Below, piece after piece: positions 25,601 to 37,600 of a DNA stretch of 64,000 nt. This DNA is from Stylophora pistillata (lineage: Eukaryota). Each line of letters opens with the position of its first letter. Position 1 is the stretch's first letter. The notes beneath the pieces were generated by a model. That model was given only the letters and a program-made list of their open reading frames with translations. It had not been told where the DNA came from and did no database searches. The position numbers were made by a program, and so were the translations under genes. The stretch spans positions 286,395 to 350,394 of the forward strand of contig NW_019218113.1 of the NCBI RefSeq assembly GCF_002571385.2, in the 5' to 3' direction.

Positions 25601-28600
25601 CCAAACAAAAACAAAAATAAACAAGAAAAGCAAAAGGGAAAAAACAGAACAAAACAGTGGGAAAAGGCAAAGGAAAAGGTAAAGTTCTTATGTCATTACT
25701 TTTAAGTAACTTAAAAGAGGTCTAACTGGAGACATACCTAGTAGGAAGAAAAAAGCATATTTACCAATATTTAAAGGTAAGCTTTTAAAAACGGTTGTTT
25801 ATCTTAAACATACAAGAGCTTGCATAGCGGAAAACGATTTCTCCTGAGACTAAAGAGGGAAATAGAAAGGTATCTCTTAAAATCCCGGAACTGATGTTAG
25901 CTGAGTCCACAAAGTTTTCGTTAAAAACCCAACATTTACCTTCATTGCTCCTTCTGGAACGCTTTCTTCTCTTGAATGCAATCCAAGCTGTGATGCCAGC
26001 AGCCACAGCTACAGCCACAACCAATCCCAATGCTGCACCAACAACGATCCCTATGGTTTCTTCGAAATTTAAATAATTTGGAAGTAATCGTTGTTAGTGT
26101 GCTATCTGCGTTCTTCAAGAACTAAATTTCAAACCCGAAAGAGCTCAAATATATTTATTCAAGACCTTCCTAAGCTATGAACAACAGTGTCCGCATATGA
26201 TTCACCTGGAAAGAGGAGACTGATCGCTGATCCAAAAAAAAAGCCATCAGCCAAAAAGGGCGACGCCCCTGCTCCACACAGACTTAAAGTGCACCTAGAC
26301 CCAAAAATTTTTTTCGCTTAACGAAATAAGCGTATTTTTTGGAGTATTTCTGTGCAAACATTTTTTAATTTGCTTAAATCTTAAATTTTCTGTGCCTAGT
26401 CAAAATACGGAAAATCGGCCGCCATCTTGCCCCACGACCGAGTTTAAAGAGGAATGGCTCTAGCGGATAATGTGACGTCAAATCGAGAACACGAAAGTCT
26501 GCTTTTCACACATTTTCACTTGTTTGGGAAGGTTGTGGTCGATATTGTCCGAAATATGCCGACCAGGTGTGTTGTATGAGGAATGTATGAAGCGTGATAC
26601 CCTCTTGCAAATTTCGCACGTTGCTACATCCTCCTACAACACACTTAAAAAAATAAGTTCAAAAAATAAGCTTATTTGGTTAAGCGAAAAAAATTTTTGG
26701 GTTTAGGTGCACTTTAAGGAATTGGATTAAATCAAACTGACGAAACGTAAACTAAGACAAATAACTCTGCCCACTGTCACAGCTCGCTGTAATTGGTCTT
26801 TGTCTGTGAACTAGCAATGTACAGACTGACATCATAGCCTAAAAAATTGTTTTCTTTACTTGGTTCAATACGGGTCACAGTTCAATATGTATTGGTGGAT
26901 CTTTTTCTCCTGAGCACTAATACCTTTTCTACCTTAATTAACAATGACTCTTCCCATAGCATAGTTAGTATTAACGTTGTGTCTAGCATAATAATATCTG
27001 CATGAATATGTACCAATTCTGCTTTCAGGTTCTGCCGTCCATGGGGGGTTTGTAAGTGCTTTAAACCGAAAAAAAGAAGAATTTCTTCGTTATTCATTTC
27101 AAAAAAAGAACACGTTATTGGACGTGTCACTCGGAACTCGCATGGACTTGGGGTGTTCACTTGACATGCACCTTTGACAAACATGGTGTTGCTATTCACG
27201 AAAAACGAAAGTCTCTTTGGCAAAACGGACACCCAGAGAATCCCACTTTCAGTGTTTAAACAAAGTGTACAATCCGAGACACATTTGCCAAACTCTGTAA
27301 AACTACCCTGCTATCCTTCCCCTTCATCCTCTGAAAAAGGTCGTTGCGAATGTATTATGCAAAATATTAAGTTCAGGAAGGAAGTTATTAATTACTTGCA
27401 ATGAGACTCTCTAGCTGCAACAAACGACTTCATACTGTTTCTCAAAAGGAATTACTGAACCAGCTTTTAGTTACGAGAAACATATGAGTTTCTTATTGTT
27501 TCTTAAAAATCTCCATAGTTGTGTCCTAGACAATGGAGCAATTACAAGGGTGTCAAATATTTTCTTTTTAAGGGGATAATACCTTGATTTATTGGATGAG
27601 AGATAAAATAAAACGCAAAATCCCTTTAGAATCCAGAAATATGAGTTAGATTACTAAAGAAGAAAAAATCCTTTTCATAGTTCAACGACCACAAATGCTT
27701 GGGTAAAAGACGTTAATTGCAAAAATAAAGAGTCTAAAAACTGGAGCTAAATTTGTAGTTTAACACATTAGTGAAAGAATCCAATGATAAAAAAATTCAC
27801 AAACATACTCTGTAATGAGATGGTGTATGTCATACGCCTTGCCAACACAGCACTAACATTCAATTCTCCAAAGGCTCCATTCAACGCCGCACCGCGAAGT
27901 ATTGCAATAACATCTTTTTCTTTAGTGATGTGGTTGAAGCGCAGTACTAGATCAATAATTAAACTGCCACACCTTGTAAGACAAAGATAAACAACTGGTG
28001 AAAACTTAAGTCAGTCAAGTATGAGATTCAAGCAATATGATCGTTCAATTGCGCAAATCGCTTCAAGACGGGGTTGACAGCTAAGCCTGGTTTTCATTAG
28101 CGACGCAACCTTAACAGGTCTTATTTCACCATGAATACGGCCTCGATGGCCTTTTTATTGAGCTTTCGCTTTCTTCGTCGCAAGAATAGAAGAAAAAACA
28201 GAACTCGAAGACTTAGGGTGTCTGCCACCGCGATCAACGGAGCCTTGTCAGTAGCTAGTGCAAGTTTTTTGCGCTGATACTTACTTTATGGCTGCGCTTG
28301 CACTTGCGTCGTAAGTGAAAACCAGGCTACATGGAATTCACTGTAGGTCTCCATTTTAATGTCTCACTCATGTATTCAATCATAGTGTGAATAAGATCAT
28401 GTCTTGGGTTGCCGATATGTAGGAAACAGCATGTGAGTTTTTGTCATGTTAAATGTTATGCAGTAACATTTAATCAGTTTACAACAGTGACAAAGAACTT
28501 AACAGTTTACCATACCTTACACTCACGGTGTCTACGCCAGTATACCCAATGTTTGCCGTAACAAAAATGTTTGCACTGGCAAATATGGTGCCTATCTACA

Positions 28601-31600
28601 AAATGAAAAAGAGAATGAATGAAATACATGAAAATGTATTTAATAAACTGAAGCAAAATGCAGTTCAGGCTGTTACTTTCATACCATAATAGTTCGTTTG
28701 TTTATATTTAGCCGTGATTCCTGTCTTGTTCTCGTTGATTATCTACTTCTTGCGCAACTGTACATACTTGCGTGACAGGTTTAGCGATGGGATTTCATTG
28801 TGCAAGAGACGTAGTTCTTTGAGAGGTTTATTGTTGCAACGCTACTTGTTCGCTAAACGCTACTTTCCTTTTCACCGCCACATATCAGCTACCTATTACC
28901 GCTAGGAGCCAGACTAAAGTAAGCCATTATATTTACTTGATCGTTACAGTTAGCTTCATTATCTTAATTGGCATGATTATCTTTAGCACTTGTGTAGTTT
29001 CGCGATTCTATGCCACGTGCGTCTAGGTTAAGTAGTCCATCCACAGGCGTCGGCTTATTTAGGTTCCTTTCTTTGCTTTTCAGTTAGAACCAGAACAAAT
29101 CTCATTGCAACAAGACCTTACCGCTACGCAAAGCTACAAATCGAATCATCTATCTATCATTCTACAAGCCGCTGCCCTTTTACGCTATTTCAATTAAAGT
29201 TTACGTTGTGCGTTACAATTGTCTGGTCTCCGAATTCATCGCTTACGACCCTCGCTACACATGTGACCTTTCGGGGTTACACAGGCTTCCCGGTTAGCTC
29301 AATTGGTTAGAGCGCTGGACTGTTGTTGTGCGGGAGGTCGAGGCCGATGGTTCGAGCCCCGGCCGGACCAACGCTCTAGGTCTTNNNNNNNNNNNNNATT
29401 ATTATTATTATTATTATTATTACTGGTGGGCCTTTCACCTTATCGTTTCCGGAGAAAGCTAAGGCAAAGTGAAGAACTTTGATAAATGTTGGTAGTAGCA
29501 ATTAAAATGATGATGATAATCATTATGGTAACGACAAAAATAGTCATGATAACAATTATAGTGTTAATAATATGTAATAATAGTAATAATCTTGGAAGGT
29601 GTAGGTCGAGAAATCTAAGCACTTACAGTGTCCATAACCCTTTTCGGCAACGAGGAGTCATCATATTTTCCGTCCTCGCACTTTTCACTTGCAATGATGA
29701 GGGTTACGTTGATTATGTTTCCCGCTATGACTGTGAAAAGAAATAAAAAAATAGACGGAGAACAGAGAAAAATTTAAGCAACATAATATCACGATGTAAG
29801 GGCCAGTGGATGGTCAAAACCATCCACTAATTTGTCATATTTTGCCAGCCAATTCCACCCGATTTTAGCACATTTGCTGATGAAAAATTTTACAATAATG
29901 TAGTTACAATCAAGGAAACTTTTCAAGGAGCCATTTGCCAGATTTAAATGGTAATGGGGATGCATAAGTCACAAGTAACAGGTTTAAATGTGCATTGATC
30001 GGCTCGAAGGTTCATTCGAACTCCGTAGGACGCCTGCATAGTAGGCATTATATGATTGGTCAGTCCGTATTCCAAGCCAATGTTTTAGAAATTTGGCTTT
30101 ATCAACTGTAAGTTGAAGTTGTAAATGGGCCACCGTAAAGAGTGAAAAGGCTGACGTTTGGAGCGTTAGCCCTTCGCTCTGACGAAATTACAATTTCAAC
30201 TTAGTTGATAAAACGAAATTACCTCGTTACCTCCACCGACCCCGCACCACAGTTTTTTTTTAGAGAAACTTAACCACCTTTATTTATATATTTTAGAAAC
30301 CTTTACACTCTTGGGTGGGGGGTTAAAACCCTTAAAGCCAAAATAAAAACACGATTTCCAAATACCGTGCTCCTTCTACCCTCTCTTTCCTTCTCGAATC
30401 AAAGCATATCTTCAGAAAATTAAAATTGTATCCACGAGAGTTATTTTTTATCGCTTCGGTCGTTAGTCCTTGTTATTTGTAATTAGTGTAAATAGTTCTC
30501 GTCTGGATAGTTCAGTTCTGTATTTATTAGTTTGTATTTTTTCGTGATGTCAAAATGTAAATTCAGTTTTTCAGCGTTGTTCTATGTAATCGCCTTTGAG
30601 TATTGTGTAACCTTGTTTAGTCTATTGTTTTAGCCTTTATTCGTTATATAACGTCGTAGTTTGTAAATCTCATTCAGTCGTTGTTATTCCGGAGTGCCGT
30701 ACAGATCTTGTAAGTAGTTAGGCCTTCGTTTGTATTTTCCTGTGCTTTTTATGTATTAATCTCGTTGTATTTCAGTTTCCTCGGGTTCAAGTTCGCATTG
30801 TTAATGTATTTTTCTGTGTTATGTACAAGTGAATCGTTGGGATTAAAGAAATGCATTCAAACTGTGCCGGAGTGTCAGTAACAAGAATATTAGTGCTGGA
30901 GGCGCAAACTTACAAAGGCTGATGTTTTTTGTATCTGTGTTAAGCCCATTGGTTACTGTGCAGGTATACACGTCATCACTGTGGACTTCAGCAATACTCA
31001 GTGTACTCTCATTACAAATACGTCCTTTCCAGCATGGAACCCAGCTATATCTAGGGGGAGGATTTCCCTCTGCTGGACAACGGAGTGAGACAGCTTGTAG
31101 TGATGCTACCAGACGCTCAGTAGGGAAATGAACAATCCTTACAGGATCTGTAAATAAAAATAATAGAAATCAATAATCTGCCTGAGGTATTTAGTTAGTA
31201 AAACAGCGTGCGATAGTAAACGGCGCAATATAAGGGGCGGAGCAAATAAATGGCAGGGGTTTGGGTTGGCTCGCCGTTAACTACTGCACTCTGTTTAACT
31301 AACTGAAAATTTGAAAGACGGCCGCAAAACAACCATAACAACAAAAACAACAACTATGATGAATATATAAAGTGCCGATATATTTTGAACTGCGGTTAAA
31401 GATACGTATGATGCACGATCCGCGCTCTCTACTGCGAGGATCGTGCATCATACGTAAAAACAACAACGCTACCTCCACAAGGCAGAACTAATGCCACCTT
31501 CTCTGGCTGACGTCCGGCAGCATTCAACGCCATGGGTTGCTACACTTATAGGACTTATAGAATTACCAAGAAAACATGCTATAAGATGACACAGTAATTC

Positions 31601-34600
31601 TACATCTGTTTAATGACCCGTAATTCACGACACCGAGCCGAAAATTCCCTTGTCCAGCCCTTTAACTCAACCAATTAGTACATGGTATTGTTCAAGGACT
31701 TTGAAGTATGACTTGTCATGTTCACTTCATGTAGAACAACGTAAGTGAGTATAATCAGAGACTGCATGGTCTTCTTTAGGTATAAATTAAATTAATTATT
31801 CATTAATTAATTATTCATTAATTAATTATTCATTACTTAATTATTCATTAATTATTTATTCATTAAAAGAAAACAACTTTTAATATGTATTGAGTGTTTA
31901 AACATGCCTATAATAACCCACTGAACCCGGAGAGTCTATTTCCACAAAATTGTGTGAATGCAGAAAATATTTCACAATTCAAATTGTTATGCAACTGATT
32001 CCACCCAATAAGATATGCAAAACATTGTATGTGTGCAGAAACTGGATTTTTCCGTAGATCGCATATTTAGATTACACACTTACAAACTATATCGACATGC
32101 ATTAAACGGGTCACTGTATTTCCAAATCCATTGTAAGCTGTACAACGATATGTTCCATCACTAGTTCTGCTGATGTTTCTTATAACCCAAGGGTTTCCAA
32201 CAAACATTTCATTGCCGTTACTCCCATCATCCAAGACTCTTGTCCAGATAATAGTGGCAGTTGGTTTACCAGTTGTGTTACAGAACAAAGAAAGATTGGA
32301 GTTCTCATTCATAGTTTTGTTCCCACTGTAACTTATAAGCCTGGTCTGTTCTAAAAATGTAGAGAAGAAATACTTTGCCAACTAACTCAGATGAGAGTAC
32401 GCTTACCTAACTCAGGACCTTTAGAGGTGTAGGAATTAAAAATAAGAACAGAATATAACCTTGTACCCTTGTATCAGTTAATAAAAATAGAAAAAGAAAA
32501 GGACAGTAAAAAAGGGAGAAACGACCGGTATCATTGAAAATGATGAGATCATGCAAGGCACAATAAGGTTTTCTTTGGTCCATTAGGACAAATGTCAGCT
32601 GGAGAGGGGCTAGGAAGGAATAGCTTTTTCCAGTATTAAATATGAGTGAAAATTTGGAAATCATTTTTAGCAAATTCTAAATTAAGAATGATATCATTTT
32701 ACAAGGGGAAAACTGAGAAAATAAAATACAACTAGAATCACCTTAATTCTAAAAATTAAGTTATAGTCAACTGTAACCATTGCCATTGTGTACTTAAGTA
32801 ATTTATACGAAGAAGCATCCTTCCCAGGGTGCCATTATAGCTTCATGGGCAACGATAACATTTTCAAGTCATAGTGTGTGTTCCCTCCTCCTTTTGGTGT
32901 GATTTCTGATGGCAAATTCTTTGCATAAAGGAATTTTCTGTGTGATGTAATCTGGACATGAACATGGTCTTTAAGGAGTTTGAATAAACGTATTGTTATT
33001 CTATTGTGATCCTGCATTCAGCCACTGTGTTGAAGCATCAAAAAATGTAATCATGCCCTAATCACAGCTTTATTCTCATTGATGTTTGATGTCCCTCAAA
33101 ATTCATGACTGACATTGGCGGCATGTATTCAAATAGAAAGTGTATAAGAGCAACAATATTTACACTCACCATATATGGCAACACGTATTACATCATCCCA
33201 CACCCTTAAATCAGTGGCCACTGAGCATGTGAATTTCTTTCCATCAGCAGCTGTTTTGTTGTAGATTATCAAGGTGGCAGGATCACTAGGACTAATGTTA
33301 AAATCTCCTTTAAAGGCTGGAAATAAGGTAACAGCTCCAGGCAAAGCTTTGCTCCCCATAATAATATTTTCTATTCTCCAAGACACAAGAGTAAGAGATT
33401 CACCAGATAAGGTGAAGTCCCATTCCAAACGTAACTCAGGGTATCTACCATCCAATTCTTTGACTGTTGTTCGAAATGAGGTGTCTCCAATTGCAAGTGG
33501 ACCACGTTGTGGAGAGGGAAGAATCCATGTGATGGTTGCCTCTTTAGTACAAAGACAGTGACCAGTTAACCAACGTAAGTGAGGCAATAAATGAGTTTGA
33601 ACTAATGGAAATTTATGATATATCTTATTGACTCTACATAGAAATTACACGCGTTTGATTGGCTGAAAATTCCAAAATCGCTAAGTCGCTAAATTGCTAA
33701 ATCGGTCAGTACGTAACGCAGAAAGCAAACTGCAGACCGGGTACCAAATGCTGACTAGGTACAAGCGCAATTAAACGCAAACTGTTCTTTCGTCTGTTAT
33801 AAGTGAGAGCATGTCATCTTACAACTAACCGAGTATCACGCAATCGCTTTACCGTGATCATCTTTTACGATCATTTGCATTGCAGAGGAAAATCTTCAGC
33901 CCGTTTCCTCTTATATTTTGTTTTTAACAAACCAGCTATTGTATTCGGCCTTTAGAAAACGACCACAATCGCTCTTAAATGGAATTTCAAGCCTTCCTAT
34001 AGTATTCTCACTTTGCACGCGAGGTTTCAGTAATGAAACAAATGACAGTTTTTGCACGCGCTCTGCACTCTTCACGTTTTTAAGTGATATGTGTATATGT
34101 TCATTTTTGAAAAAATCGTGGACCGAGACCAAGACTGTTCCTTCGACCTGATATGTTTTCGACGTTAAGTGATACACTGATTTTCAAATATTAATCTTTG
34201 CGTGGTCACCAAACAGACCAGAGATAAAACCATCAGAAAAGTAAACAGCTGACCGAAAAGAAAATCCTCATTTCAGCTTATGGCACTTATCAGCGGCCAT
34301 CCGGGGTAACCTCGGGGACATACGCGGGCATGGCACAGGATTTGTCAGCTTTGCTCACTAATTTTAAGCCTGGGATGGGGCAATTGCATTGCTTTTGCAC
34401 TTTCGTAGTAGGATCCCCGGGGGAAGATCCGCGGGATTTGTAGCTCCACCGCCATTTTACAGATGGAGCTGGAAACGAGTGCCGTTCCCGTCTGCAAAAG
34501 GACTGGGTATGTTGGTGAACACGTTCCGGCCAAAGGCGACTAGGCCTTTCCCGATTGCGCTGATAACCTATTGAGCACTTTTCTGAGTTTGGGGCACTAT

Positions 34601-37600
34601 TTTGCACTTTGAGCACCCTTAAGCACTTTTTCGCACTNTNTGGGCAACATTTGAGCAATATTTCACATTTCGAGCAAATTTCGAGCAACATATGTCTTCT
34701 AAAACATTTTAAAGCAAAAACTGTGTGTCTTTTGCAACGAGAATCGTGTTCCAGGTCATAAATTTGAATAACTAATGATGTAGTGGTCAAGAAAAAAAGA
34801 CCGTTATCATGGAAAGACACGTGGACTTGTCCCTACTGAGCGTGAAAACAGAAGTTTCTAATTGGTTGATGTATCATGTGTGTCATCTCAATTTTCTAAA
34901 TCATCTGATGTCTAGGCTTTACACTAGTAGTGCTGAATTCATTTACAATTCGTAACCGGCTTTAGTTTTTTAAGAGCACAAATGGAAGCACTAAATCAGT
35001 CGGAAAACAATAGCACTGAAGGTGAAGAAGTGATTGATACAATTACAATAACAGTAAATGCTGGAGCATCCCTTAGTGTTCCAGAAAGTGCTTCGATAGC
35101 ACGAAAGGGAAAAGTTCCGATCAACAGGGGGAAGGTTTAGCGGTAGGAGACGTTAATTTCCCACGCACGAGATTACTGTGTTGTGGATGTCCTCCTCTGG
35201 GGTGGGATGGGTGAGAATTGGCCCTGACAAGCCCCCATGGGGAGCGGTCAACTAACCTATGTATGTATATATTTGTAAGAACAAGCAAAGAGGAAGCATC
35301 AAAACCACCAGTGTGAGTAGACGGGATCGTCTCAAAGAGTACCCAAACCAACACTTTGCCGTGGTAAAAAAAGCTTAGATGTAACGCCTGCAGCGAGGTT
35401 CTCAGTTATAAGAAAAGTTCTATTGAAAGACGCATGAAATCAAAGAAACATGAGAAGGGCCTGGCTGATATTGAGAGAAATAAATCAGAACAGCAGTCCA
35501 TCAAAGAATGCCTGCAGAAGAGGGCAGAAATTGACATATTTACGAAAAGCTTAGAGGTAACTGTTCACAACTTTTACCACTTTTTGAGCTCTATTTTGAG
35601 ATTTTGAGCTTATTTTCAGCACTTTTTAGCCATTTTCGCCAGCACTTTTTTAGGATTTTACGAGCGCAATCGGGAAAGGCCTAATGGCGACAGAAAAGAC
35701 GGTAACTGGCTTTCATGTTTCTCTTGTATTCTGTTCCTTTTAGCTGGCCATCCTTCGCTTACATAGCGAATATATTTTTCGGAAGCAAACCACGATTCCC
35801 TCAATGCTAATATTTTGATCGTAAACTGTTAAATATCTATAAATATTTTTAAAGTGTTTTCGGCTTGAATCATTCATATTTTGTTACTTGAATGAGCATG
35901 AAGTTTTCATATTATTAAATTATGTTTATTCTGTTCCTAGGTCCTTTTTCACTACCGGAAGCATAAAAAGCGACATGTGGCGAGGTGTTCAACATTAGGG
36001 GAATTGATCCGAGAAGCAAGAGTGTTATTCGATGTGGCAGAGGAATCAAAAGTGTTTTATATCCAGCGCTTTGACGAAATGTGGATGGATATTTCTAGCA
36101 AATGGAAAATTAATTATGGCAAATAACATTCTTTCGAAATATTGCACCGTTTGACATAGCAGAGCACACACTTCTTTGTCCCAGGGGAGAGGCGTTATTA
36201 GCTTTTTGTTAAACAATCTTGGTTTTGGGTAGGGGGGATTTGTAAACGCCGTTGTGCAAATGCCCGGGGGTTCCCCGGGGTCACCCCCCGGGATGGCCGC
36301 CGACAAGTGCATTACAACAATATTAATACTCACAGCGTGTAGTGAGGAGACTATGAAGTCTTGAAATTGTATTTTAGAACGATTTTTGCCGCGAGCTTTG
36401 TTTATACAAAATATAATTGGGTGTGCGCAAGGGATATTCCACAACTAGTTCAAATGATCGTGAGACACGATCGCGGGAGAACGAGTGCGTGACACTCGAT
36501 AAATTGTAAGGTGCCATGTTCTCACGTATCATACGAAAAAGAAGTCTAAATACTCAGTCTGCATTTTGTACCCAGTCTACAGTCTGCATTCTGCATTTTG
36601 TTCTCGGTCTGCATTTTTTACGCGGTCTGCAGTCCACAGTACTAGTCTGCAGTCTGCATTTCGTGTTACCGCCCTCGGGTGCCTCGAAAACGCAGACCTC
36701 GAAAACGCATACCGCAGACCCCAGACCTCTAAAAATTTGTTTTCGACATTTAGTGATGTTATAAATGATTTTTTTTAGAGGACATTTAAAACAGCTGCAC
36801 GGACGTTTGCAAAACGATGTACATGTAAATTGGAGAACTACACTAGAACGGCCTCTAAATCTGACAAATTACGTAATTTAACTTTCAGGCGGAATCTCCG
36901 CAAACAATGCCCCACAATAATAACGATAATTTTCTATATTATTAGGATGACTTTATTATACTTTTACTTCTTAAGTTTTAGGTTAGCTTAAATGCAGGAC
37001 CCCACCATCTTGTTGAAATAAAAGTTATTGTATTGTTTTGTATTGTATTTTGTCCACTCGCTACTCGAACTTCTAGTCGATTCACAAAGCTTTATACACA
37101 GATTCCATCTGGGCACTTATGATATTCTTCTCCCTTTTTAGCTATTTGGTCCTGCGATTAAGAAACATGTCTTAAAAAAGTCATGCGAGGCATTGCGTGA
37201 CGAATTTTCCCGCGCCGAGGTCATGGTAAGTACAAAAATTCGTGGAGACCAAGTCGGACGAAGTCTACACAAGGCACGACCCAGTCAGCAAATGAACGGC
37301 CATTTACTGAAATGCACCACCACAACAAGTCTCTATTTCTTTGCTTTTTAAATGATGACCCAACTACAAAAGAGTGTCCATAGTGCCAAATTGAATTTCC
37401 TGGGAGGCAAAAGAGCATACCTTACGATGTGGTTCTGTCACACGATGAGAAGTGGACGTATCCTGACCTAAGCAACCAGGCCACAAACTTCCATCGACAA
37501 AGTACACAACAAAGTAATACTGCACAAAGGGCTTTTGTATCGAAATCAGATTCCTATATTATTATCCTTCTTTGCTACACATACCTCCCGAGGCGAGCTC

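Larger units (their letters stand above)
34279..36314. mobile_element. Second-level TIR element
   Basis: GCACTTATCAGCGGCCATCCGGGG / CCGGGATGGCCGCCGACAAGTGC inverted ends. Confidence 0.7.
33703..36671. mobile_element. Outer TIR element (CGGT..GCAGA termini with TGCAGAC subrepeats) hosting nested insertions
   Basis: Left end CGGTCAGTACGTAACGCAGA..CTGCAGACCGGGTACCAAATGC; right end, reverse-complemented, CGGTAACACGAAATGCAGACTGCAGAC..GGGTACAAAATGC. No TSD seen. Confidence 0.6.
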
